DNA from: Chiloscyllium plagiosum
Taxonomy: Eukaryota
Direction of reading: 5' to 3'
Assembly (NCBI RefSeq): GCF_004010195.1
Contig: NW_025214954.1
Coordinates: 20,577 to 56,247 of the forward strand
DNA: 35,671 nt
The position numbers were made by a program, and so were the translations under genes. Below are positions 1-11,031 of the stretch, piece after piece (the stretch's first letter is position 1; each line of letters opens with the position of its first letter). A model generated the notes under the pieces. That model searched no databases. It was given only the letters and a program-made list of their open reading frames with translations, and was not told the DNA's origin.

Positions 1-95
1 ACACAGCCCCCCGCACCCATTCAACACGGCCCCTCGCCCCGATCCAACACGGCCCCACGCCCCGATCCAACATGTCCCCCCGCCTCCATCCAATG
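1..95. repeat. Short GC-rich tandem repeat (~23-bp unit, caacacggcccc-cgccccgatc-like), truncated by the window edge
   Basis: About four imperfect copies are visible at the start of the window. Confidence 0.7.
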
Positions 96-793
96 CCGCC
101 AACAGGCAGTTGGCCATATCACGAAATCGAATAAGAGTAGGTTTCAGTGAAGTCCGGGATGACCTCTTTCAGTCAAGGTATACAATAAGTCAAAGGCAGT
201 ATCCAACATCTGTCCAGCAGTTTAGATGTGGTCAGACAACTGGCTGGTCAACAACAGGCAAGAGTGAGGGAATTGCACCTGGTCAGTGCTGGAAGTGGGT
301 CACGGTTTGCCCTGTGGGTCCATATACAACCTGTCATGGGGACAGGTTCAGGGAGCTCAGTCTATCAAAAGAATGGAGTCTGGTCTATCTTCGGGCTCCA
401 GCCACTAAAAGTCAAGAGGGGGTGATCAGGCGCTAATGCTGCATAAAGCGATTGTGGGATTGGACGGCAGAAGGCTGTGATGCATAGGGAATTTCAATAC
501 TGAAAGGGGATAACTTAATAGATAAGGTGGGGAGATGATAGACATGGAAAGTGATCATGCATGGTGAGGGGAAAGAGGGAGGGGGTTATTGACTTAAACA
601 ACACCCTGGCTTCCAAAGGAAGACAGTGCACTACTAGACCTGTTACATTTTCATCATATTCCTGCGGTTGGTGGGGAGAGGTTGGTAAAGTTGACAGATG
701 AAGACTTTGATTGACAGGTTAGGTGGGGACTTGGGGAAATGCAAAGCCTACGCTATCACCTGGCAGGATGCAACTAAGATAAAGAGACTGTAT

Positions 794-1195
794 CAGAGAC
801 TGACTACCCAGAGACCCAGCTCATCAGCCCTAACCATGAAATCCTAAGCACAGCTGTAACCTTGTATTCATATGGATTTTTGTATTCATATCCAGAAATG
901 TTATTAGATACCACGGAAACAGCTGGAACTTGAAAACACGCCATCTGGTTCGGAGTTAGGGCCACTACCATGGTGCCACCAGAGCCCTCTTTGTAACAGA
1001 GACTGACTACCCAGAGACTCAGCTCATCAGCCCTAACCATGAAATCCTAAGCACAGCTGTAACCTTGTATTCATATGGATTTTTCCCTATCCAGAAATGT
1101 TATTAGATACCACGGAAACAGCTGGAACTTGAAAACACGCCATCTGGTTCGGAGTTAAGGCCACTACCATGGTGCCACCAGAGCCCTCTTTGTAA
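794..1195. repeat. Direct tandem duplication of ~200 bp (794-996 and 997-1195)
   Basis: Both copies run from cagagactgactacccagagac to gagccctctttgtaa with few differences. This explains the near-identical ORFs 804..1040 and 1087..1302. Confidence 0.95.
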
Positions 1196-1209
1196 GAGTA
1201 TGTCACCTC

Positions 1210-1300
1210 ATTGCTGGACAGCTGCATTTGTGATGCCAACAGTGCAGGTTCAATTCCTGCACCAGCTATTGTATACCTGAAGGTCCACCTTCTCAATCTC
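1210..1300 (+). mobile_element. tRNA-derived SINE fragment (same family as 33160-33350)
   Basis: gtgatgccaacagtgcaggttcaattcctgcaccagct (B-box-like GGTTCAATTCC) followed by ccttctcaa matches the copy at 33190-33250. Confidence 0.55.
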
Positions 1301-1304
1301 ATCT

Positions 1305-1770
1305 TTTACTTTAAAAAGATATTTCTTTATTCATAAAGAATATCTTTATATACATAGTCACAAACACAGTTCAGTTCTGTACTCTAGCTTATCAAGGAAA
1401 CAGAAAAACGTTGGAGCTTGACTCTATCCAACAAAAAAAAACAAAGGCATCTCTTACTTGTGGAAATAAGAGATTAGTTGAAGGTAATTGAGGGCCCAAT
1501 ATCAGACAAACCCCCATTTAACTTCAGCAGAAAGGTCTTAATCTTTCCCTATTGCACCTTGGCGGAAGCTGCCCCAAGCTTCTATACATCCCTCAGTACA
1601 TAGTCCCTCAGAACCTTCGAATGTGCCAGTCCACAATATTTGGTTGAGGGCAACTCCTTGTTCTGGAAGACCGACAAGTTTTGGGCAGAGCAAACAACAT
1701 ATTTCACTGAGTTGATGGTCTACCAGATGCAGTCAATGTTTGTCTCGATGTGCATCTTGGGGAACAGAAC
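1305..1770 (-). mobile_element. Diverged Tx1/L1-clade LINE 3' end
   Basis: 1545-1770 aligns by eye with 3490-3712 (ccttggcgg-agctgccccaagctt ... atgtgccagtc ... ctggaaga ... gatgtt-gtctcg). T-rich 3' end (tttattcataaa) resembles 3256-3290. Confidence 0.8.
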
Positions 1771-1771
1771 T

Positions 1772-2068
1772 CGGTGGCACGGTGGTGCAGTGATTAGCAC
1801 TGCTGCCTCACAATGCCAGGGACCTGGGTTCAATTACTGTCTTGGGTGACTATGCGGAGTTTACATGTTCTCCTCGTGTCTGCATGGGTTTTCTCTGGGT
1901 GGTTCTGATTTCCTCCCACAGTCCAAAGATATGCAGGTTAGATGCATGAGCTATGGGAAATGCAGGATTAAAAGCACGGAGTGGGTCTGGGTGGGACACA
2001 CTTTGGAGGGTCGATGCAAACTTAATGGGCCAAATGGTCTCTTTCTGCAGTGTAGGGATTCTATGATC
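1772..2068 (+). mobile_element. HE1-like tRNA-derived V-SINE
   Basis: Head ggtggcacggtggtgcagtgattagcactgctgcctcaca with B-box; central tttcctcccacagtccaaagatatgcaggttag; CR1-like tail ending gggattctatgat. Confidence 0.9.
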
Positions 2069-2269
2069 TTTGACAAGTTGAGTGATGATCACAGATAAGT
2101 ACCTAATGCAATTAATCATGAAAGCAAACATTAAAAATTAGAGCTACACAAACCCTGTTAATTGAGCTAAACGTTGAACTGGGACCTGAACTGAACTGCA
2201 TTGTTAAATAATTCATCAATCTTGGAGAATTGCCACAGGTAGATTACCAGGAGGGTAGCAGAGTTGGAG

Positions 2270-2585
2270 AACTTTATTTAAATTTGTTCACAAATGGGAA
2301 CATCATTGGTTGGGCTGGCATTATTGTCCATCCCCAGTTGCCTAGAGGGTAGGATACTGGGGATGGACAATCACATTGGTCAAGCACATTGCTGTGGGTC
2401 TGGAGTCACATGTAGGCCAGACCAGGTGAAATGGCAAATTTCCTTACCTAAAGCACATTAGTGTATCAGACGGGTTTTCACAACAATGTTTTAATGGGGA
2501 AGACTCCTTCCTTTCCCCCTGAAATTGAATTCAATTCCCACCATCTGCCACAATAGGATTCAAACTCATGTCCCCAGAACATTGA
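2270..2585 (-). mobile_element. tRNA-derived SINE, second family, with L2-like tail
   Basis: Minus strand reads B-box-like gtttgaatcc...gtggcagatggtgggaattgaattcaa, then ctggtctggcctacatgtgactccagacccacagcaatgtg, ending ggatggacaataatgccagccc...aataaa. Recognised from memory of shark SINEs. Confidence 0.7.
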
Positions 2586-2702
2586 CTCGATTTTTTCTGC
2601 CCTTGCCCAGTCCCTTCCCACTTCCATCTGTGATTCCTCTGATGACTTACTTTGGTTCTGGATGCTGCCAGGTTTATAGTGTTGTCAATCACAGGGACCC
2701 TG

Positions 2703-2974
2703 TTTCCAAAACTCATTCAACTTCCATGACAAAATAATCATCTCAATCCTTGTGCTCCTCATGTTGTGGCTCAGACTGGGAACACTTCACAGTTCACATC
2801 TTCATATCCCACAGTTTGACCTACACAGCTGTCCCACATTTCCAAAACTCATTCAACTTTCACGACAGAATAATCATCTCAATCCTTGTGCTCCTCATGT
2901 TGTGGCTCAGACTGGGAACACTTCACAGTTCACATCTTCATCTCCCGCAGTTTGACCTACACTGTTGTCCCACA
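2703..2974. repeat. Direct tandem duplication of 136 bp (2703-2838 and 2839-2974)
   Basis: tttccaaaactcattcaact...gtcccaca occurs twice with only scattered substitutions. Confidence 0.95.
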
Positions 2975-3039
2975 GTAGAAGGATGGACTGGGCAAGGAAT
3001 GGGAATTTTAATCAGTCACTAAGTTAGCTTGGAAATATC

Positions 3040-3255
3040 TGCTGCACATTATATTCCATCTGCTAATTCCTTCCTCACTCAGTGAAGTTGTCCATATCTG
3101 TTTACAGCCTCTTTGGTTGTCCCCACAGCTTTCTCTCCCACCCACTGTAGGTCTTTTCAGTGAACCTGGAAAATTACATTTGTTCCCTTCAGCTACTCAC
3201 TGCTATTAATTGTAAGTGCCTGTGTCTTTAGCAGTGACCTTTCAGGCAGCCCCAC
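3040..3255 (-). mobile_element. Old CR1 RT fragment abutting the Tx1 3' end
   Basis: Degenerate similarity to other CR1 minus-strand RT pieces in the window (ttccatctg...cactc; cf. 18510-18700). Confidence 0.45.
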
Positions 3256-6090
3256 TTTTTTTTATTTCAAAAATATACTTAATTCATAAAATAATTTGAT
3301 GGTGTGTACAGTTGGTCATGCCATGCATATGTAAACATTTACACACAGAAATCAGAATTTATCACTTGTATACACAGGTCTGTACGTTTATCAATCATAT
3401 GTCCATATATTTAGCTGAGGCGTCAGCAGGGCCCAAATGACTGGGTGGGCCCCCTGTTCTTCTTTAGGCAGGCAGATGTTACAAGGTGGTCTTTCCCCAC
3501 CGTGCCTTGGCGGCAGCTGCCCCAAGCTTCAGCGCTTCCCTCAACACGTAGTCCTGGATCTTGGAATGTGCCAGTCTGCAACACTCAGTTGGGGTCAACT
3601 CCTTCAGCTGGAAGATCAGTAGGTTTCGGACCACCCAGAGAGCGTCTTTCCCCGATTTGATGATCCTCCAGGCACAGTTGATGTTCGTCTCGGTGTGCGT
3701 CCCAGGGAACAGACTGTAGAGCACAGAGTCCCGTGTCACAGCGCTGCTCGGGACGAACCTCGACAAACACCACTGCATTCCTCTCCAGACTTCTTCTGCA
3801 TAGGCACATTCCAGAAGGGGGTGTGTGACAGTCTTGTCCTCCCCGCAGCCGCTTCGAGGGCAGCGTGCGGTGCGGCTGAGAGTCCGGGTGTGCATAAAGG
3901 ATTTCACAGGCAGAGCCCTTCTCACCAGCAGACAAGCCATGTCTTGGAGCTTGTTGAAAAGTTCTGGGCGATGAGGCATTTTGCCAAATGGCTTTGACAG
4001 TCTGCTCAGGGAACTGCTCGACAGGATCCGCCCTCTCCTTTTCCCAAAGGGTCTCAAGGACACTACGTGCTGACCACTTCCTGATGGACTTGTGGTCAAA
4101 GGTGTTTTTCTTCATAAACTTCTCCACGAAGGACAGGTGATACGGAACGGTCCAACTACTCGGAGCGTTCCACGGCAGCGAGGCCAGGCCCATCCTTCGC
4201 AACACCGGGGACAAGTAGAACCTCAGTACGTAGTGACACTTGGTGTTTACGTACCGGGGATCCACGCACAGCTTGATGCAGCCACATAGAAAGGTGGCCA
4301 TCACGGGGAGGGTAGCATTGGGTGTATTTTATCCCCATTGCCCAGATCTTTATACATCGAGTCCATTTGGACCCGGTCCATCTTTGATCTCTATAGAAAC
4401 TGGAAGATGGCCCGGGTGACTGCAGCGGTACAGGTTCTGCGAATAGGCCAGACCTGTGCCATGTATAACAGCAATGACAGTGCCTCACACCTAATGACCA
4501 GGTTTTTTCCCGCGATGGAGAGCGACCATAGCTTCCATCTGCCCAGTTTCTGCCTCACTTTGCTGATACGCTCCTCCCAAGACTTGGCGCATGCCACAGC
4601 CCCACTGGACCAAATACAGAGAACATTCAGGTGGTCGGTCCTGACGGTGAAGGTGATCGAGGATTGGTCGTCCCAGTTCCCAAAGAGCATGGCCTCGCTC
4701 TTGCCTTGGTTTACCTTGGCCCCCGAGGCCCGTTCGAACTGGTCACAAATGCACATGAGTCTGTGCACGGACAGCGGATCTGAGCAGAAAACGGCGACGT
4801 CATCCATGTACAGGGAGGCCTTAACCTGCAGGCGAGGAGAAAGTGAGGTCTGCAGATGCTGGAGATCAAAGTTGAAACCACCCATTGATTGAGACTGCAC
4901 TGACAATGTTGGTGTAGAGCAGTCTGATCCAATTGCAGATTCCCTCCCCAAAGCCCATTTTGGAGAGAACATCTCTCATATACCTGTGATATCCTGTCAA
5001 AGGCTTTCTCCTTGTCCAGGCTGATTCGGCAGGTGTCCAACCCTCTGTCCTTCACATAGGCAATCATATCCCTGAGGAGTGCGAGACTCTCAGTGATCTT
5101 CCTGCCCAGTACAACACAGGTTTGGTCAGGATGAATCACTGACCCCAGAGCAGACCTGACCTGGTTGGTGATTACCTTTGACAGAATTTTGTAATGCGCA
5201 TTCAATAGTGAGATTGGTCTCCAATTTCTGAGTTCCTCCCTCTCCCCCTTCCGCTTGTAGATGAGGGTGATGATGTCTTTCCTCATGGATTCACTCATGG
5301 TACCTGCCCGAAGCATACTGACATACACCTCCAGCAGGTCCTGGCCAATCAAGTCCAACAGAGCGGAATAGAGCTCGACCGATAAGCCGTCGCTTCCGGG
5401 AGTTTTATTCTTTTCGAGAGACTTGAGGGCCTTGGTCAGCTCGTCCAGAGATAGCGGCTGGTCCAGCCTCTCCCGTGTTCTGTCGACTAAGACCTCCGTG
5501 ATAGAGGACAGGAACGACTGGAAGGCCGCGCTGTCGGTTGGCTTAGAGTCATACGGACTGGCATAGAAGGAATTGCTGATCCTCATGACATCAGCCTGAG
5601 ATGACATTATCGAGCCATCTTCTTCCTTCAGGCTGCTGAGCACAGAGCTCTCCTTGTGCACCTTCTGGAAGAAGAAACGTGAGCACGTCTCGTCCTGCTC
5701 CACCAAGCGGACCCTGGACTGGAAGGTTATCTTGGAGGTTATCTTCCAAGGCAAAGAGCGAGGCTTGCTGGCCCTTCACCTCCTTGAGGTCCTCCGTGAC
5801 ATTGACACCCATAGTCTGCAACAGGAGCAGGTTCTGCATACTTTCCTGGAGCTAGGTTGGTTTTCCCCACCTCTCTCTCGCCTCCTGAACAGCTTTGAGG
5901 ATGAAGAACCTCTTGATGTTCCCTTTTACTGTTTCCCACCAGTCCGCTGGGGACTCAAAGAGGGGCTTCATGGTTCTCCAACCTGTGTAGTCCCACTTGA
6001 GCTCCTCAATGTTTCCTGGTGTAAACAGCTTGGTGTTCAGCTTCCATGGTCCCTTACCAGCCCGCTGCTCGTCCTGTAGTGTGCAGCACA
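3256..6090 (-). mobile_element. 5'-truncated Tx1-clade L1 LINE, disrupted ORF2 (post-endonuclease linker, RT, C-terminal Zn knuckle), 3' UTR and poly(A)
   Basis: Frameshifted ORF pieces: GKGPWKLNTKL...WWETVKGNIK; KTPGSDGL...NWRPISLLNAHYKILSK...HPDQT...LDKEKAFDRI; ASLYMDD; CPRSGCGEDKTVTHPLLEC; ends ARWGKTTL* at 3479. T-tract at 3256-3263 is the poly(A). Confidence 0.95.
4834..4878 (-). mobile_element. Tail fragment of the hammerhead/palindromic element, inserted in the Tx1 RT
   Basis: Minus strand tttcaactttgatctccagcatctgcagacctcactttctcct is nearly identical to the tail at 23670-23710. Confidence 0.85.
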
Positions 6091-6099
6091 CAAACAAGG

Positions 6100-6445
6100 C
6101 CCTCACCCAGATGTGCCACAGTGTTTGAAGCTCAGATTCCAGCTCATCAACTCTGAGCTGGAGTAGTTCCAGCAAACAGCACTTGCTGCAGATGTGGTGA
6201 CTGCAGCTCGCATTGGGATCAGCCAGCTCCCACAGCACACAGCTACAGTACATCACCTGCCCCACCATCTCTACTGAGTTAGTTAACTTATTAGTTAGTT
6301 TATCCCTGGTTAGTTAATCTAGTTCATTTTGGAGAGTCTTTTTTTTTCAAATTTCAGACGGCTTGTCTATCAGCCAATCAGGTCACAGCCCTCCTGTGAC
6401 GCCACTTTTTCAGTTTGCTTTCAGTTACTCCCTGTGTTCCTCGCA
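6100..6445 (-). mobile_element. CR1-type 5' region with ORF1 N-terminus (Cys/His finger plus leucine-zipper-like coil)
   Basis: MVGQVMYCSCVLWE...HICSKCCLLELLQLRVDELESELQTLWHI parallels the CR1 ORF1 at 7081 (CSSCRMWE...YICGKCTQ...VRELRLELDELWII). Confidence 0.8.
6370..6406. promoter_or_regulatory. Possible internal promoter motifs of the CR1 5' UTR (CCAAT box, TGACG half-CRE)
   Basis: cagCCAATcaggtcacagccctcctgTGACGccac lies ~100-140 bp upstream of the ORF1 ATG. Motif presence only. Confidence 0.3.
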
Positions 6446-6918
6446 GTCAGTTAGTTATTTACTTTTAGCTCTGCGTTACCCTCTGACCCTGAAAACAAGG
6501 TTGTGAATCCCCACGGTCAGTTAGTTATATACTTACAGCTCTGCTCCAGTCACCGCCCCTGAAAACAAGGCCGTGAATTCCCGTGGTCAGTTAGTTATAT
6601 ACTTACAGCTCTGCTCCACCCTCTGACACTGAAAACAAGGCTGTGAATCCCCGCAGTCAGTTAGTTGTATACTTACAGCTCTGCTCCACCCTCTGACCCT
6701 GAAAACAAGGTCGTGAATCCCCACGGTCAGTTAGTTATATACTTATAGCTCTGCTCCAGTCACCGTCCCTGAAATCAAGGCCGTGAATCCCATGGTCAGT
6801 TAGTTATATACTTACAATTCTGTTCCACACTCCACCCCTGAAAACAAGGCCGTGAATCCCCACGGTCAGTTAGTTATATACTTACAGCTCTTCTCCAGTC
6901 ACCGCCCCTGAAAACAAG
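6446..6918. repeat. ~70-bp tandem repeat, about 6.8 copies
   Basis: Units start gtcagttagttatatacttacagctctg at 6446, 6516, 6586, 6656, 6726, ~6795 and ~6865. Two main subtypes (ccctctgaccc and agtcaccgccc). Confidence 0.95.
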
Positions 6919-9900
6919 TAATAATAACACACTTCCCTATCCATATAATCTTCACCAGGACCTGTACTCTTCCATGTATCTGTCTAACCCCAAAATACCA
7001 CCTTATCATTGCAACCATGTCCAGATCACTCGTTTCTTTTATTGTTTCTTTTTCAATAGTCTCTCTCAGAATTTAGAATAGTGAGAATGGAGGTTCGGGC
7101 AGTTGAATGTTCCTCCTGCAGAATGTGGGAGGTAAGTATCACCACTAGTGTCCCTGCTGACTACATCTGCGGTAAGTGCACCCAACACCAGCATCTCGAA
7201 AACCACGTCAGGGAACTGAGGCTGGAGCTGGATGAACTTTGGATCATTCAGGAGGCGGTGGGAGTTATTGAGAGGAGTTACAGGGAGGTAGCTGCACGTC
7301 AGGTACAAGAAGGAGGCAGATGGATTACTCTCAGGGGATGAAAAGGGACCAGGCAGACAGTACAGGGAACTCCTGTGGCCATTCCCCTCAATAACAAGTA
7401 TAACATTTCGGATACTGTTGGGGGGGGGGCGGGAACGACTTACCAAGGGTAAGCCATGGGGTACAGATCCCTGGCACAGAGTCTGTTCCTGTTGCTCACA
7501 AGGGAAGCGGGGAGATGAGCAAAGCATTAGTCACTGGAGACTCCATAGCTAGGAGGACAGATTAGAGGTTCCAATGGAGAGAGACTCACAGTTGGTGTGA
7601 TGCCTCGCAGGTGCCAAGGTTTGGGATGTCTCAGATCATGTTTTTGGGATCTTTGAGGAGGAGGGGTAGCAGCCCCCAAGGTGGTCCACATAAGCACTAA
7701 CAACATCATTTGGAGAAAACAGGATGGTCTCCACCTGAACCAGAGGGGTACCCATATCCTGGGCGGGGGAAGAGGGCGGTGTGTGGAAATTTGATAATGC
7801 TCGTGGGGAGGGTTTAAACTAATTCAGCAGGGGGATGGGAACCTGAACTGTAGTTCCACTGTTCAAGAGGTTGAGAGTGGTGAGGTCAGAAATATGGTTT
7901 CAAGGTTGCAAGAGTGCATCAGCATGCAAGAAGTGGTTTGAAGTGTGTCTACTTCAGTGCCAGGAGCATCCTGAATAAGGTGGGTGAACTTGCAGCATGG
8001 GTTGGTACCTGGGACTTCGATGTTATGGTCATTTCAGAGACATGGATAGAGCAGGGACAGGAATGGTTCGTGCACGTTCTGGGATTTAGATGGCTCAGTA
8101 AGAACAGAGAAGATGGTAAAAGAGTGGGAGGTGTGGCATCGTTAGTCAGGACAGTACTACGGTGGCAGAAGGTACATTTGAGGACTCCTCTACTAAGGTA
8201 GTATGGGCTGAGGTTAGAAACAGGAAAGGAGGTTTCACCTTGTTGGGACTTTTCTACTGGCCTCCAAATAGTTCCAGAGATGTAGAGGAAAGGAGAGCAG
8301 AGATTATTCTGGATAGGAGCGAGAGTAACAGAGCAGTTGTTATGGGGTCTTTAACTTTCCAAATATTGACTGAAAATACTATAGTTCGAATACTTTAGAT
8401 GGGTCAGTTTTTGTCCAATATGTGCAGAAGGTTTTCTTGACACAGTATGTAGAAAAGGGACAAGACCATATTGGATTTAGTACTGGGTAAGGAACCTAGC
8501 CAGGTATTAGATTCAGAGATTAGTGAGCATTTGGTGATAGTGCCCACATTTGGTTGTGTTTACTTTAGCAATGGAAAGGGTTAGGCATATACCATGGGGC
8601 AAGCGTTATAGCAGTGGTATAACTGCTGCAAATAGGATGCAATTAGGAAAGATTTAGGATGCATAGGATGGGAAAGGAAACTTCAGGGGATCGGCACAAT
8701 TGAAATGTGGAGCTTATTCATGGAACAGCTACTGCGTGTCCTTGATAAGTATGTACCTGTCAGGCAGGGAGGAAGTGGTTGAGTCAGGGAATCGTGGTCT
8801 ACAAAAGAAGTTGAATCTCTTGTCAAGAGGAAGAAGAAGGTTTATGTTAGGATGAGATGTGAAGCTTCAGGTAGGGTGTTTGAGAGTTATAGGTCAGCCA
8901 GGAAAGACCTAAAGAAAGAGCTAAGAAGAGCAAGGAGGGGATGTGAAAAGTCATTGGCAGGTAGGATCAAGGAAAAACCTAAAGGTTTCTACAGGTATAT
9001 CAAGAACAAAAGAATGACTAGAGTGAGTTTGGGGCCAAACAAGGACAGTAATGGGAGGTTGTGCGTGGAGTCCGAGGAGATAGGAGAAGTGCTAACTGAA
9101 TTCTTTTCAATGTACTCGCATAGGAAAGCGACTACGTTGTCTCGGAGAATGCTGAGATGCAGGTGATTAGACTAGATGGGATTGAGGTTCACAAGGAGGA
9201 GTTGTTAGCAATTCTGGAAAGTGGGAAAATAAATAAGTCCCCTAGGGCAGATAGTATTTATCCTTGGATTCTCTGGGAAGCCAGGGAGGAGATTGCAGAG
9301 CCATTGGCTTTGAACTTTATGTCGTCATTATCGATAGGGATAGTGCCAGAAGACTGGAGGATAGCAAGAATTGTCCCCTTGTACAAGAAGGGGAGTAGAG
9401 ACAACCCTGGTAATTATCTCCCAGTAAGCCTTACTTCGGTTGTGGGTAAAGTGCTGGAAACGATTAGAAGAGATAAGATTTATAATCATCTCAAAAGGAA
9501 TAAGTTGATTACCAATAGTCAACGTGGTTTTGTGAAGAGTAGGTCATGCCACACAAATCTTATAGAGTTCTCTGAGAAAGTGACCAAACAGCTGGATGAG
9601 GGTAAAGTGGTTGATGTGGTGCATATGGATTTCAGTAAGGGGTTTGATAAGGTTCCACACGGTAGGCTATTGCATAACATACGGAGGCGTGGGATTGACA
9701 GTGATTTAGCAGTTTGGATCAGACATTACCCAGCTGAAAGAAGGCAGAGGGTGGTGGTTGATGGGAAATGTTCACCCTAGAATTCAGTTACTAGTGGAGT
9801 ACTGCAAGGCCTGTCTTGGGGCCATTTCTGTTTGTCATTTTCATAAATGAATTGGATGAGGGCATAGAAGGATTGGTTAGTAAATTTGCGGATGACACTA

Positions 9901-10439
9901 AGGTAGGTGGAGTTGTGGATATTGCCGAAGGATGCTGCAGGTTATAGAGGGACATAGATAAGTTGCACAGCTGAGCTGAGAGGTGGTAAATGGAGTTTAA
10001 TGTGGAAAAGTGTGAGGTGATTCACTTTGGAAGGAGGAACAGGAATACAGAGTACTGGGGTAATGGTGAGATACTTGGCAGTGTAGATGAACAGAGAGAT
10101 CTCGGTGTTCCCAAACATAGATCCCTGAAAGTTTCCACCCAGGGTGATAGGGTTGTTAAGAAAGCATATGGTGTATTAGCTTTTATTGGTGGAGGGATTG
10201 ATCTTCGGAGCGATGAGGTCATGTTGCAGCTGTCCAAATCTCTTGTTTTGGAGTATTGCGTACAGTTCTGGTCATTGCATTATAGGAAGGAGGTCGAAGC
10301 TTTGGAAAGGGTTCAGATGAGATTTACTAGAATGTGACCTGGTATGGAGGGAAGGTCTTATGAGGAAAAGCTGAAGGACTTGAGGCTGTTTTTGACAGAG
10401 AGTAGAAAGTTGAGAGGTGAATTAATTGAAACCTGTAAG

Positions 10440-11031
10440 TTGTGGTTCTGTTCTCTGTGCTGGGAATTTGTGTTGCAGATGTTTCTCGGTGACCTCCTCA
10501 GTGCTTGGGAGCCTCCTGTGAAGTGCTTCTGTGATCTTTTTCCGCCATTTGTAGTGGTTTGAATCTGCCGCTTCCGGTTGTCAGTTCCAGCTGTCCGCTG
10601 CAGTGGTCGGTATATTGGGTCCAGATCGATGTGCTTATTAATTGAATCTGTGGGTGAGTGACATGCCTCTATGAATTCCCTGGCTGTCCCAGTCAACTGG
10701 GACAACACTACTATTATAGGACAAGCCAAACATAGAACAGCCAGGGAATTCCTAGAGGCATGGCACTCATCCACAGATTCAATCAATAAGCACATCGACC
10801 TGGACCCAATATACCGACCACTGCAGCGGACAGCTGGAACTGACAACCGGAAGTGGCAGATTCAAACCACTACAAATGCTGGAGGAAAGATCACAGAAGC
10901 GCTTCATAGGAGGCTCCCAAGCACTGAGGATGTCACCTAGACAGGGGACGAAACGTCTGCAACACAAATTCCCAGCTCGGCGAACAGAACCACAACAACG
11001 AGCACCCGAGCTACAAATCTTCTCGCAAACT
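10440..11031 (+). mobile_element. Penelope-like element 3' end with inverted pseudo-LTR, inserted into the CR1
   Basis: Arms 10439-10687 and 10737-10996 are inverted. The + arm encodes WDNTTIIGQAKHRTAREFLEAWHS (Penelope GIY-YIG C-terminus). TSD ttgaaacctgtaag 10426-10439 / ttgagacctgtaag 11032-11045. Confidence 0.9.
10921..10960 (+). ncRNA. Minimal type I hammerhead ribozyme motif in the Penelope pLTR
   Basis: GCA-CTGAGGA-t-GTCaCCT agac AGGgGAC-GAAAC-GTC-TGC: CUGANGA and GAAA core, stem II, GUC cleavage triplet, short GCA/TGC stem I. Confidence 0.75.

Noticed and set aside
110..780. Possible retroviral gag zinc knuckle (GQCWK...) or ERV remnant
   Set aside because: CCHC spacing is incomplete and no protease, RT or LTR motif could be confirmed.
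6446..6918. CRISPR-like appearance of regular repeats (also 22756-23491)
   Set aside because: No unique spacers, no cas genes, vertebrate context; these are plain tandem repeats.
10358..10940. Two similar ORFs on opposite strands as a gene pair
   Set aside because: A consequence of the Penelope inverted repeat.
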